A stretch of 64,000 bases of DNA from positions 47,120,001 to 47,184,000 of the forward strand of contig OZ320317.1 of assembly GCA_976226885.1 (NCBI GenBank). Direction: 5' to 3'. The position numbers were made by a program, and so were the translations under genes. The DNA comes from Iphione sp. A-MEVVRFRX5. Lineage: Eukaryota. Shown piece by piece: positions 13,001 through 26,971 of this stretch. The notes under the pieces were generated by a model. It saw only the letters and a program-made list of their open reading frames with translations, was not told the origin of the DNA and did no database searches. Position 1 is the stretch's first letter. Every line of letters begins with the position of its first letter.

Positions 13001-14898
13001 GGGTTCAAAAAAATCCGGGTAGAAATAGCCCTTTGCTTTCTGCCCATGCGGCGGAGTGCAGGTTTTGGGCCGAGCACTTTTTCCCGCGTCTCTTGGCTGA
13101 AGCCATTTCTTAGCCGTCTCCGGTGGGCGGCCAGACGATATACTCGGTGGCTGCGCGCTTTGATGTGAATCTTACTCATCAAATGCTCGGTCTTCTTAAC
13201 CGACCTAGTGCGGGCCCTATCAGGGTCTAGTCGGAAGGCCTTAGCACCGGGAGGCTTGATGGCTCTAATTCAGTTTGTCGTGGGTAGAACGCGAGGGCAT
13301 GGCTCTGCCAGAAGCTCCTTCAGACCTCCACATTGCCGCCTTGGTGGTCGAGGTAGGAAATGTAACACGACATCTTGAAAGAAAGGTCTCCAAAAAAATA
13401 ACCTGCTGAACATTGTCAGAGCAGGGGAAGGTTTGTTGCAACTCTAATCTTACGTCTTGAAGTGATTCTCTGTAGTCTTGCATATATTTTTTAACATTTG
13501 CATTTGTTTTCTCGGTTCCCTTTCGCGTATCTCTCACCGCAATGAATTACAGCCGGCCGCGGTGGAGAGGCGGGCTGAGGTAACACTGTCTCCACTGTTA
13601 CCACAGAGGATCTCAAATCACCCGCCTGTATAAACCAGGCTCAGTAAACGTGTGATAAGCGCCGGCAACCATCGCTTCAACGTGGGCATGCCAACTCAGC
13701 AGAATCCAGATGTGTACATCACTGTGCTCGACAGACTTGTTTTAACTGACGGTAGTCTTCCCCTTCAGGTATATATGCAGATGTTAAATATTTATATGGC
13801 TTACTTCTGTCCGTTGTGCATTTGAATAAATCAACAAACCCATACAGAATCAAATATAAATTTCCACATATTTAGATACACATGCTCACGTTCATGCACG
13901 TATACATAATGTCTAGAGTGTTTTTCATCCCTTTGAGGATTATACATGGCATACATTGCCTTTGTGCGTCCCCCATGCATTTCGCCTCTGTCTTTCTGAT
14001 TTTAAATGCAAAGCTTCAAAGGTTCAATGCTGTATGCTTTTACTCCCTGTCCAAATAACGTGCAATTTTATCGGACTGTTCACCATACAGTATTGCGTAT
14101 GGCGCTTTTTTGTAGATGGGAACTTCCGTGGTGCCAGAAAAGATTGCCATTCATCATAAGTCATGTCTGCATCAGTAAGCACCCCCTCCCCCAACCACTA
14201 ACCCCTACTCGAGGCAGTACCTGCCCTCTGGCGACGGGACGGTCGGAACCTGTGATACTCTATAAGGGCGAGGCGCCACCTAGCATCCAGATAGGGGATT
14301 AACCTACGCTGCCTGGCGGGTAGGCCGTTGGAAACAACACCCAGTCCAGCGTAGAGATAGGGGTGGCCACACTTACGGAGGCTTCCCATATACATATACT
14401 GGTGGTGCAGGTGGTGATGATGGATTTCTGCCTTAGCCTGCATCACATCGTTATATTACGCACTGATTGAACGCACATGAAGCATCCATCGCAGACTGGA
14501 GCTAACTGATGACCCCCCTCCGGTGGATTTGTGGCTGGCCCCATTGAAGATTGGACATCTGGCTCGTCCACATTGTGGTGTAGCAGTTTGTGTAGGTCCT
14601 ATCTTCCTCCTGTCCTCATTCCATGGGTTCCCACACACTCTCCGTCCTGCCACACTGCCAGTGGTTGTCTTCATGACATCCTCTCCTGCCACTGCTCCAC
14701 CCACGTCCTTCTTTCATTTATGTATGCATAAATATGCATGCACACAAATACATGGATACGTATACGTCTACGTATATATACGTACACACAGATATGTGTC
14801 TATATACGTGCACATGTATACATGTGTACGTGGATGTCTGCAAACTGAATTGTATAAGGTAGCAGTCGGTACTGTATTTTGAATTCCAGTGCACTCTG

Positions 14899-14942
14899 GC
14901 TGTCTGTCTGCATCTGTCTGGCTGTCTGTCTGTCTGCCTCTG
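14899..14942. repeat. Imperfect (TCTG)n microsatellite abutting an assembly gap
   Basis: ctgtctgtctgcatctgtctggctgtctgtctgtctgcctctg runs directly into the Ns. Confidence 0.85.
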
Positions 14943-15070
14943 NNNNNNNNNNNNNNNNNNNNNNNNNNNNNNNNNNNNNNNNNNNNNNNNNNNNNNNNNN
15001 NNNNNNNNNNNNNNNNNNNNNNNNNNNNNNNNNNNNNNNNNNNNNNNNNNNNNNNNNNNNNNNNNNNNNN
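14943..15070. other. Assembly gap (128 N)
   Basis: Run of N. Confidence 1.
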
Positions 15071-17866
15071 ATAAGAGCACTCTTTGTTGCGAGTGTAGAG
15101 GTCACAGTCTAGAGTGTTCCACGGTATTTCCGGTGCACCACGCCACATGATCATTCCCAGACGCCCCCCAACGGAAGTTGGAGAAACAAACATTGTATCT
15201 GTCCATGTGTCTCCCTCCTTCAAGCCTCCGAATCTTGCCCCCTCCCTTTCTTAGTGTACTGGCGCGTTTCTCGTCTAGTGGGGCCCCAAAGCAGAGGCGT
15301 AAGAGAGTTGCTGCCTCCCGCCACTGTGACCCCGGCCCGCCATCTGGCGGCAATGTTTTTGTAAGCAGTCGCTCGATAGAACAAGTGGCAAGGCAGTATG
15401 TCCATGGTAGGTCCTCCTCCCCACACCCTCCACACCTTCGCAGTAGGCCCACACCAACTGGACAAACGCACAGTACCCGCCAACTTGGCCACTCCCGCAT
15501 GCACCCACGCTGATGAGGTCAAATAAATAACCCATTAATGCAACCTGCCGGGGTGACTTAAGGTAACTTTTAAGGTCACATCAAGGTCCTTCCGGGGTCA
15601 TCCTGATGTGCTTCGCTATGACCTTTACAACACAGCCACCTGGCATCAGGACACGGTCAAGATCATCAGCCTGCTGCAGCTTCTAATACCGTGGAATTGT
15701 AGCTGAAAATGGGGGCATATTGGATGAGCACCAGATGTTTTCAAGAATCAATCCATCAAAGTGTGAAGGGCAGGCTGGAGATGGAATGGGATTGTGGGAG
15801 AACACCTAGTGATCCTGGATCCAAGTCTGCCTGAAAGTCATTAAAAGATGGTGGCTACAATGGAGAAATCGTCTTTTTAGTACCCCCCCCCGACTATTAG
15901 CAACAGCGCACCCAACAGAAAACCTCACTTTATTGAGCTTCCTGGCAGAGCTAGCGTGTGCTCTTGTGTGAATGTATCCTTAGGAACGCCCCTAAGTCAT
16001 AAGGCGCTTATCCCAGTATCTATTTGACTGCACCCGCGCATCCGCACTCATATTGGATCTGCCATAAGTGAGAGTTGCACCCGGTAAACTACTTACTTGC
16101 TTCTGGCATTTGGGTCCGAAGGGTGCAAGCTCCAATTGGAGCTCAGTCGGTGGTAGGAACGGACCGGGGCGGGCGGGGGGGGCATTGCTGTGCGTGAACC
16201 GTAGAGTAGTCGGGCTGACAGTCCTAAGATGAAGGACCCACAATGAGGTTCGGTTATCACATACCAACCAGGCACGTGTGTTTTGGATGCGTATTACCCG
16301 GTATTCATGACCATTTTCCTGTTCTCGCCGCTCATCCTGTAGACGCGGATCTGTAATTGGACGTCGAATAATCTCGATTTGAACGACAACACACAGAGCA
16401 CCAACCATCAGTCTTTGCCATGTTGGTTAAGTTGTCAATACCTTGAGTAAGGCCTGCATTGGAATCGCCACACCCAATGACTTCAGCGAATTCATCGGCC
16501 GGATGGACGAGGGTTATTCCCGTGCCGGTAAAATAGGCGAAACATGTAAATACTGGACCGCCAATCCCTAGAAATGTTCTTCCCATGTTCCTGCATTATT
16601 TTCCTTGGGGCGATGACCCACATCGAGCATCCACTTGGGAGCCCTCAGTCATGATCTAATCCATACCCATTCCGCAGAGGTTCGACACTGATTTCACTTG
16701 ATTCGAGCAGATTCGAGTCACTGCGGGTCGGTTGGTGAAACTCATTTGGTGTCACTACAGACAACGTGACCTTCAGGAGTAAACGACGCCATTGGGGGCG
16801 GCAAGGTCAGAACTCCCGATGTTGCCTTACTAAGCTGGGCAGGATAACGTGAGGGCCAGGCGACTGACCCATGGGAAGCAAAATGCTAAAAAGATGAGTA
16901 TGATCTGTGTGAGGCAAAGTGTTCATATGATGTTCGTGATGTCTGGGCGGGGGGCAAGTGTCAGTGTGAACAGGAAGCCTATATATTATGATAGGGTCGC
17001 TTATGTGATACATGCAGTATATTTTGAAATGACACCTTTTGAAATTAAGGTGATTCTGACGTAAATTCCCTTCATTTATCTTGCTTTGTTTTCCGTCCTT
17101 GTATTCTTCATGAGTACAACGCAGACACATCGCCTACTCACAGGTGCCCTTGTTTTCAATGACAACACCTGCGCAATTTCGTTTCATATAAATGATGAAT
17201 TATAATATCTGATACAGCCCATGAATAGCCTTAAATTGATGGAAACAGTAGTTTGATTGTAAAGACTGATGTCATAAGGGTAGTAGGAAGAGGACATATA
17301 GAGCACCATAACGAAATTGTGCTATTGCTGACACACAACTGCAACTTTGCCAACTCACAGCATTCCATATTGCGGCAATTCTTCTATCCAACTTTTATTC
17401 GTCTTCTATGACCTTCTTGGTATTTTAACTTAGTAAGCAAAAACATGTAATTACGAGATTTGCCTGCCTTATTTGGGTGAAACTATCAATTCACTCCACC
17501 TACCACTCTACTAGTCAGCAATCAAGGCATGGCTTAGGAATTGGTCATGTTTTGCGGTGGACCCTAGGCTCCGTCACTAATGTTTGTCAAATAGTCATAC
17601 CTCTGGTTCTGCCATACAATTTACTTCAGTTTGGTTAAACACTATGGCCTTGAATGTCTACGCTATGTGCCCTTGAGGTGAATTCATCACGGACCCTAGA
17701 ATCGATTAAACATTTTTGAAAAGAACACATCTTGAGACAGGGCAGCAAATAAGCTGGCAAAATTTTGAGTTGGTTAAGTTGCAAGTCAGCGATGGCATGA
17801 GGTGTTTGCGACGACTGGTAGCCTGTTGCAAACCACATATACATACATGTACACATATATATATAT

Positions 17867-17926
17867 ATCCAAAAGGCACTTAGGTTGTGCATATATATAT
17901 ATGCATATATGCACAACCTTTTGGAT
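17867..17926. repeat. 60-bp hairpin / inverted repeat around an (AT)n core
   Basis: The right arm ATATATGCACAACCTTTTGGAT (17905-17926) is the reverse complement of the left arm ATCCAAAAGG[cacttagg]TTGTGCATATAT, which carries an 8-nt insertion. Confidence 0.85.
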
Positions 17927-20328
17927 CTCGTACACCCTGAAACACACACTTACACACGCACACACATACATACGCAGTGCAGCCTCCTGGCAGTGCCCTT
18001 TGCACTCTGTCCGGGTCTGGGGCCCCCTTGGGTCTAGGTCCTTGTTAGGGGGCACCAGATGTAAAAACATCAACGTGGTTGGTCGCCTGCTGTGAACGTC
18101 GACGTCCGCAACTGTATGTGTGTGCACGTGGCGTCGTTGAAACTTGGTATATTATGGAGCACCACTTCCCTTTTAAGGGGAATGTGTTCCAGAGGATTGG
18201 CAGAAGAGTGTCGTGACCTTTAGGGACAGGGGAAATCAGGCCCTTGATCCACCTGCCTACAGAGAGTCTGACAGCCACATGAAAACTGGTGTCCTCAGAA
18301 TTCATGAAAGGAAAGGGTAACTACATACACTGTCAACACACATCTCACACGTCTGATGATTTATAGCCTGAGGCGGGGTAGCAGGCACATTCAAAAGGTT
18401 GCTGCTATGTAGGAGATAACTGATGTCATAAAGCCAACACACATTGCTGATGATTGTCACACTTAGAACACCGACTGTCACCCCATATCTGACGAGTGGA
18501 AGTCATTGTGAACACAGAGCCAGAAGTTAATGTTTTATTCGCCATGGCGTGTAGCATATATTCAACAATCAGGTGGGCGCAATTAGAAGAGGAGAAATTA
18601 ACTTCGGTGTACTTGTGGATTTTGTTAAAGATAGATCTATCCGTCCATAGTAGCGGTGCGTATCTTCACATCACCTCAAAGGCCAAAATGCACGTCACCA
18701 TATTGTGAAGTATGTTAATAATAGACGCCTCTTCGTCCCCCCCGGCGACTCCCGCCTGCTGAAAGTTAGAGTACATGGCCCATGCAACATGACGTCAACC
18801 CTGCGTACATCCGGGCCATTCATGTAGCCTTCAAGTGAATTAAGCCTCCTCAAAGTCAGCATGAGGACCGCCCGTCTCGACCCACCGGGCCAGCCCCGTC
18901 CTCGTCTTGACTTACACCCGCCGTAGAGCCGAAAGAGCCTTCACGTGGGACAACAACGGGCATTCTCGCCGAAATCACGTGACCTGACTAGGTATTGCTG
19001 ACTTTAGTGGCCTGTGGCGAGGGAAATGCGATCCTTTCCCGAAAAACGAAGCTGGTGGGGGGGGGGGGGTGTGTGTTTGGCTATTTGAAGTGGTACGCAG
19101 TTACTGGGGGGATGGGGGTGGTATGGGTAATATCCATCTATTAGAATTTGACCAGCATGCGGATATCAGGTATGTAGAGTCGATATTTAAAGACAGATAT
19201 AAAGCATGCGCATTCAAGGCCTGCGAAAGGTGGTTTGGTGGTCAAAGTGTGACGCATTGGGTTCTACACATGTTATAACAAAAACATTAAAAGCTTTGTA
19301 TCTCAGATAATGACAGACTGAAATCATATTAGAGCCTGTTACCAATATCTATTGATACTTCCTATCAAAGCCAGGTTGTCATATTAACTCAGATGCATAC
19401 ATAAACAGTGTTTAGATTTTTTCGCCACAGCCTGCGGGAAATGCTGATGTTTTATCATTTGGAAGTGAAAACAAAATCTAGGACCTGCTGCAGCGCTGAT
19501 AATTTTGCTATTTTCCGTGTACTCGGAAAGAGCTTATCATGTTCCTATTATATTTACTAAATGTACATGTCGGTGAAATCGGATGGATTTGATCTATGTT
19601 ATAAAGAAATGGATTATGACTGATTTCCCGCAGCCATTTCTTGTAGTCAGATGTCTATACAGCGAAGAGTAAGATGCATTTCACAGCCTGTTGCAGCTTA
19701 CCGATTGCTGTAAATGAAAAGGACTGTCGACGTCTCGGTGATGGAGCTGCCAGCTTAAATGCAAAGGTCACCAGGTTCCAGCAGGCCAGGATGGAAGCAA
19801 TCTTGATATTGCCTGTCTGTGGCCTTGATCGCAGAGATTACAGGCCGAAAGAGGGCGGAATGCGATACGGCACATGGTTATTTGGTTTACTACAGAGAAT
19901 GACCTGCAATTTACTCTTATTGTCACCTGAAACATGGGACATGGATATTAAACCTCATGTATGAGTTTTGTGCATGCAGGTAACCATAATGTGTTCAAAT
20001 TGATAATATGTTATGATTAAACGTGCAGCAGAACAAAGCATTGGCAAAACCCCATTGTCGAGGTATTAACAGTGTTGTCATTCTCTCCCTATGTAATAGC
20101 TATCTCCGCGTGTTTGGCAGGTTCTTGCTGTGATCTGCTGTCAGTGATAACATCACTGTTTCCTTAAGTGAAATTGCCTGCGCTGCTTATCAGCCTGACG
20201 TCAGTGGCATTTTTAGAAATGTGAGGTGTTAGTGTTTGCTTTTGATAGTGGAACGTAATTCACATAGATGTGTTTTTCCTTAGTTCACCTTAATATCTTC
20301 TGAACACTGATGGCACTTTTTCTGTCAG

Positions 20329-20355
20329 AATATCTTGTCAGACTTGCCACAGACA
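20329..20355 (+). CDS. Candidate 27-nt phase-1 symmetric micro-exon (xYLVRLATD), unknown protein
   Basis: Acceptor ctgatggcactttttctgtcag, donor GTTAGT, open in phase 1. Splice signals only, no homology recognised. Confidence 0.3.
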
Positions 20356-22968
20356 GTTAGTAACCTTCTTCTGGGTCACTAGCTCCCTTCAGTTCGAGGA
20401 GTTCATGTTTTCCGCCTTTGCCGGCTTTGCCAGGTAACAGGTGTCATGTACAGGGCTGTTGATCCATTTCTTCTTACTTTATCGCCACTTCAGTCGCACG
20501 CAAAGATCACAATGAGCTACTTGGCAGGGGGTGAGGCTCGAGGTGGGTAGCTCGCCTTAAGAGTGACTGCACTAGGCTGGATAAGCTGTCAGGACAGAGA
20601 TGAGCCTCTCCGCAAAGGGAGAGAGAGATGCTTTGTTGGTGGCAGTTTTCTTTAAATGAATGCCTTGTGGGCGCGAGCCAGCCAGACGTAATGGATCGCC
20701 GACAGGACTCAGAGCCTGCGTGGCCGCACTGTTGCTACCTGCTGACCCGCGATTGATTTGGTGCGTGCACATTGACTGTGATTAATGCCCCCCCCCCAAA
20801 TAGACACACACCTCTCACCGCTGGTAGACACTGACCACAGCTAACCCCCTCACTCCTGCTCACCCCCACCACCAGACGAATCGACCCTCCCTTTTACCTA
20901 GTCAGCCCTGCGTGTGATGGTTGTACTGGAGACCTATCGTCGGGCTTGGCCCATGACACTTTCATACGATGTGCCTCAAATGTACTCCTTCATACGGATC
21001 AATGGAGGGCGACCATACGAAAATTGGGACCATTGGGATGTGGGAATGGCGCGATAGACTTGACAGTGGCAGGTGTCACCTGAGAGTAGAAGGGAAGGGG
21101 TAGATAAGTGGGTTTTCACCTTGGTGCAGGAATAAAGACGTGGTGGAAGTCTACCCTATCGAAGCTCATGTACATATTGTAAATACATAGTAGTCCGTAA
21201 TTGCCAGTTCAGTTTGACTTAAGTATGCCTTTGGAATCTTACCTGTCCGGTTTGTTCAAATATGTAAAGTAGGTAAATAATTAACAGTGGCAGCGCAGTT
21301 GAAATGCGCTCCATTTATTTATTTCATAATATATCTGCGAAGTAAGACTTCCGTGAATATAAGCTAAATTGGAGCCTTCCCGACTCTGTTCGTTCAACTA
21401 TCTAATACATAGCTACATGTAGGCCTACATTGCCAATTGACGTCTAATTATCTGTTGCCAGCAACAGCACGCAAGGACCAACAAAGCTGCTTACCAACCT
21501 GTCGAGAGTTATTTTGAAAGAGAATGACGATTGACGTGTTTATCAACAGGATACGAAGAAAATAAATTTCTGATATTGGTCCACTGAACTGAGACACGCT
21601 GAAGTCTACGAGACGCCCCTCGAAAAAGACCTCCTGCCCTTTTTGCTTTTAAGGGGCCGTTCTTTATTACGTATATTTATAACACTGCTGTTCCGAAATC
21701 GACTTAAAAACTCATGGTGAAGTTTAGCATAGATATTTGCCTTGTTTTGGATGGCAGCATCGTTAGATGACATAGTAAAATATACAAAGTTGCGCTTGCC
21801 TGGGGATGATCTATGTGTTCACAACCCCAGAACGTCACGTGACAGATTATGACATTTCTACATGTACAACGTACATAAGTGGATAAATACACTTTGTTTT
21901 AGTACCGCCTGCTTGGTTGGTTCTGATTGATTCTTGGTAAAGATAGGATGTTTTGTCTACTCACACACACAAACACGCACACACACGTGAGTTTTTTCAT
22001 TGCAAACCTATACCATCTACCGATCTGGTGTTCATTCTTGGTGAGATGGTCGGAAGGTGAGATGCGACTGTCTGCCTTTTCAGTGGATATGCTGTTCCTC
22101 TCTGCGTCAAAACTTCAAACTGTTCTCTTAAACGTTGTTCCCATACCTCCCCACTGGGTGGCGGGACCAGTTGTCCGGCCCATTTGTTGATCTTTGCATA
22201 CCGTTTGTTTACGTTATTCTCTGGTGCCGACATATCAGGAGGCGAGGACGACATGGTTTATGATGCTTCCGGTGGCCGTCCACTGCCTTCTCATTTTGCT
22301 TTACCCCCTCCCGTCTACGGTGCTCTTTTCTGTGTGTGAACATGAACTCTGTCCGTATGGAAAGGGACATTACTGCGTAGTTTGGGTTTTTACAAAATAA
22401 TAATTAGCCTTATTCATTCACGTGGTCAGTAAAAAATGACCGCGAAAATAAGAGAAAATGCTTCTAAATCAATGAACATGTAGATCACCAACATTTACAC
22501 ACACAAAAATACACAGAGTAATGGGACAAAAACGTCAAGGACTACAATACCTGCTTCGAACACGCGCATTTCACGATAAATAGACAGGCAGAGAAAAAGA
22601 ACTGAAAGGCGGAGGCTTTACTAAAGGTCGGCTTTGATTGAGTGTCATCCTGTGTTCAATGGGTCCGGATCCGACTCCTTGTGTTTCTGTATGCAGGGCC
22701 AGGTCATGTGAGTGTCAGGTTACTAGTGGGCTCTATGTGTAATTGTCAATATTGGCTCTGAGGGTCGGCACGCCGCGGTCGACATGTGGCATTTATCCCA
22801 CATTTAGATTCACTCAACGTATTAACCCACGGAAATACAGCATTAGAACAAACACAAGTGGGGATTCTGTGAAGAAGTCGCCACGGCGTGCCCTGGCCTT
22901 GTCTCTGGCCTTTGTGCTCACAACCTATAGGTGTATTTTTTTTTCCGTTTGTACAAACGTCTATGCAG

Positions 22969-23004
22969 AACTGCAGGATCCTAAGGAAATGTGGAAGGAT
23001 CGCA
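22969..23004 (+). CDS. Candidate 36-nt phase-1 symmetric exon (xLQDPKEMWKDR), unknown protein
   Basis: Long T-rich AG-free tract ending ctatgcag, donor GTACGT, open in phase 1. Confidence 0.35.
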
Positions 23005-23092
23005 GTACGTTAGCTCGTACGAGAAGCAGTGGCTCTGACTCATAGGTCTCCGATTTAATACTGGGAAATTGTTTGCAAAAAACACAATGATA

Positions 23093-23129
23093 AGACTTTG
23101 ATAAAATTGAGACTTTGATAAAATTGAGA
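23093..23129. repeat. 17-bp tandem repeat x2.2
   Basis: AGACTTTGATAAAATTG at 23093 and 23110, followed by AGA. Confidence 0.9.
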
Positions 23130-24150
23130 GTTACAGTTAATGCCAAGAGCCTGCTCTCAGACAAGTAGAATGTCGTAAGCTCTTCTCGTTATAGTGCCAG
23201 AGGGGTGATCTTTACCAGTTTGTCGTGATTTTGTTCGTACTCGTGATCAAGGCGTTGATGTGGCGAAGAGTAGCAAACTGGTGCACTACAAAAGACTTCT
23301 TAAAGTGTGAGAAGAAGGGATGGAAGATAGGTCAGGATAACATCCACCGTGGGATCCTCCCTGGTGCGGCCACTTCCTTTGTTTATTTGACATCCCACGT
23401 GAAAGGGATGAAAAAAGTTTGAAACAATGCCTGCTGGCACCTACCTTACAGACACACATAGATCCCTCGCTGTCTCCCTCCCTCCCTCTCTCACTCTCGC
23501 CCTCCCTTCCTCGGTTCTTCCCATCCCTCCTTCCTTACCTCCATGCATCCCTCTGAGGCCATTCGAGCCAAATACCAGTTCTGAAACTTGCCCCATTCAT
23601 GAATCACGGAGACAGCACTCATATTTAATACCCGATCTATGTAAGTCTGCCCACGTTTATTCAATAGGAGGTTCTCAACAATTAGTCTGTTAAAAACGAA
23701 GCAGGACATTAAAATGCATTATGCACTTGTCATAGAAAATAAACTTGAAAAATCCGTGCAGTGAGATGATGACTAATGCTGTTGTTAGTTGTCCAAAATG
23801 TGATGCTTATGATAATTGGATGCATGTAGTAATAACTGTGTTCATACTGGTGGTTAAAGCTGATAGTTGCAATCATAACTTATAAATGATAGTTATGATC
23901 ATAGCTGATAGTTATGTCTAAGACGGATAGTTACAATGATGTTTGCATCGCCCGTAATCTATATTATCATCGTAGCGCGAACACAAAGGGCCACGAGCCT
24001 GCAAATTTTGCATTAGAGATAGTGTGAAAATGTTATTAAGGAAAATAAGGATTCTGAGCCCGCAGCCTAATCCTGTCACTTTTATTATTGTCTTTCTTCA
24101 TCGTAGTTCTCTCCCGTGTTACTCCTGTCTGTCTACCTCTCCCTCGGCAG

Positions 24151-24183
24151 ATAATTGTCTGTCACCAAGAAAGCGGGAGTTTG
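24151..24183 (+). CDS. Candidate 33-nt phase-1 symmetric exon (xNCLSPRKREF), unknown protein
   Basis: Strong acceptor ctgtctgtctacctctccctcggcag, donor TTG|GTCAGA, open in phase 1. Other donors further downstream are possible. Confidence 0.35.
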
Positions 24184-25007
24184 GTCAGAGGCGTAAAATT
24201 GATGAACTCATCAGGCGCGCTGAGTTATTGTTTCATCGCCCGTCCAGTTGCCCGCGCCCCTAGTGCCACCAAGTCGGCCATGGACGAACCACAGTCGGTT
24301 TTGTGTGTTTGCCTCATTACTTTTACCGCGTTGACGGTGGTAATAGTACAGCGGCATTTAAAGGAGACACTTGAAACATATTACAATGTGGTCTTCGTAA
24401 GTGCGAACTAGAAGTATACGTACATGTATATGGTACTTGGCAGGGGCTGCCTGCGCTAGAAACAGGGTACATGTACTCTTATCTCCGGCTATCCTGTGGA
24501 TTCCTTGTAGGGACGTATGGGACTGAATCAGTCTTGGAAAGCGATGGGGGTATTTGCCGCAAAAACCCGAAGAACAGCAAAATATTTGCAATTAGTTCGA
24601 CGGGAATGAATCAGGTATTAAATATTCAAGAAGGTGGCGTGAATCAAGCGGTTGGCATACCAGCGGAGTTTGATTATTGAAGGTTTATTATCTGTAAAAA
24701 TAATTATGATCGAAATGGTTGTTTATTGTCGAGATCGTTAGGAATCGCGGAAAATCCGCACTGCGCATATTGTGTTGGAAGGCGACATTCAAACACCAGT
24801 GCAAGGGACTTTGGGATTATGTTTGATGCCTTCATAAAACTGGCCGCTGACGAACCACTGGCTGCCGTAGATTGCTTACAGTTCGCATCCATTATCTGGC
24901 CTGCCGACGCCAGTGTCGCCTACCGACAGAGAAAAATGGCACGTGTTCTCGATTAATCTCGCGTTTAATCTGACGGTGCGAGAAATGCCGTGAACCCTCG
25001 GCGTCTG

Positions 25008-25161
25008 NNNNNNNNNNNNNNNNNNNNNNNNNNNNNNNNNNNNNNNNNNNNNNNNNNNNNNNNNNNNNNNNNNNNNNNNNNNNNNNNNNNNNNNNNNNNN
25101 NNNNNNNNNNNNNNNNNNNNNNNNNNNNNNNNNNNNNNNNNNNNNNNNNNNNNNNNNNNNN
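25008..25161. other. Assembly gap (154 N)
   Basis: Run of N. Confidence 1.
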
Positions 25162-26555
25162 CTCTACAAAATTGTTCTCCCCCTCCGTCGGTCTCTCCCA
25201 TTGCCGCTCGCTACGCGATTGGGCTGCCGCCCGTTGCCGACGCAAAGTCTCACTAGAGCGACGACAGGCTTCAAACGGTGCCCCTTTTTTGGACAGGGCT
25301 CAGGTGTCCTTTCACGATCTGTCTCGTGCGCCCACACAAAATGCCGTACCTGATAAGAGCAGCTGTCTTTGTCCGTCTCGATTGATATAACCAGTTATCA
25401 AATCCAATACATGTACGTGTTTTTTCATTCGCACGCGCGCGGAGGAACAGAAACATTTAATAGAGTTTTGTGGAGTGTAGTTGGCGTGCAAATAAATCAA
25501 CGCGTTGCCAGCAAGCCGCGCTATCAGAGGAGATGTTGAATTGTTTTCGAATACTTCAGGGTTCAGTTCAGTGTGCATTGAATACAGAGACAAAAATGGC
25601 GTATTTGTTCGACTGTATGCAAAGTGCCGACCTGTGTATTATAGTAGCACCCCGTTGTTGTCAGAAATATTAAGAGGCTGCTGGAAATATCCTGCTACAA
25701 AAATTCATGTTAGGATATTATGTTACTCTCACATCCTGTGTGTCAAGAATCGAAGGAAGGTCTAGTTCAAAGGGGTTTTGCTTCTTCCGTACTCATGTCA
25801 GATATTTTATTGTTAAAGCAACAGAAAGTGGCTGGTGTGGATACCTGGCTACCAGCGTAAGTGCAGTGAGCCTTCTTCCATGTGGATGCATCGCGTTCAC
25901 AACCCAACAGAGTTCAAACATCGTAAGTTGAACCAGGCCAATTATCTAGAATAAGGTGATCTGAAGAACAAACGAACACCAATCAATCTATCGGAAATTG
26001 AGCGTCATGTCGGCTTTCTGCCAGCCTGGTCATGGGTCAATAGTGTAATTTCTTACTGCTGATTGTTCATAACCCACTACAAATATGTTGGATCCTTGGG
26101 TGAGTCTAAGGTAGAAGAAGAATTGGACTGCCAGTGACTGCCGGGTCATATCCTGCTTACTGATGGGGCCCCTATTATGGTCCCTATTATCTGCTATCCA
26201 CCAACTGGCACAGACCTGCTGTCTGAAGTATTCGAGTGTTTGAGCATACTGTTTGGACATGAAATGGGATAACTGAGTGAGAAATAGATCCAGTTGAATG
26301 GAAGGAGGGGACGGAGGAAAAAGACATAGAAAAACAAACGGACTGACATGAGACAGAGGGGCAGAAATATGGAATAAGGTTTACCTGAATATGATACCCT
26401 CGATATCTAGAAATGATAGAAGATTGCATACAAGGCATTATACTGTATTATTACATATTGCAATACATGTACATATTGATGAATACTAAATATTGAAGAC
26501 AACAGAAACTGAAGCACCAACGACAAAAAATCTGGCTATTTGATGTTCTATGGTA

Positions 26556-26587
26556 ACTGAATTTTTTTGTGCTCTCGTCAGGTAATA
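26556..26587 (+). promoter_or_regulatory. Candidate recursive splice site
   Basis: actgaatttttttgtgctctcgtCAG|GTAATA. CAG at 26579-26581, about 65 nt AG-free upstream. Confidence 0.4.
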
Positions 26588-26971
26588 GTGTGTTATATAT
26601 CATAAAAAATAAGTATACTTATCACGATATTAATCAGGCCTGAAAAAATATCTACGTGTTTCCGGTAACAGACTGAAACAATACAGGTTTGGTGGGCCGG
26701 CAGTTTCTTTCTTTTTGTTTAATGCAAATTTCACACTCAAAAGGCTAGACAATACTTGACAATACTGGAAGCATCAGTTCTGCGCGGATTTTAATGAAAC
26801 ATGCATCATATGAAAGCAGACGTTCCGAGGAAACAATGGTGTATCATCTAAGTCTTTGGCATTATTCGTTCTGAAGACATTCATAAACAACACAAAAAAA
26901 TAAAAAGTTGTGATTGCCCAGATACTATGGGGCGGGTGGGTTACCGGAAAATCCAAGTATTCTTTTTACAG

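Noticed and set aside
16594-16659. Chromodomain-like HYFPWGDDPHRASTWEP (possible chromovirus integrase tail)
   Set aside because: Only the TWEP core matches; the frame is closed by nearby stops and no integrase motifs are visible upstream.
24726-24956. PrimPol/primase zinc-finger-like YCVGRRHSN
   Set aside because: The downstream Cys pair is missing and similarity is limited to a few residues.
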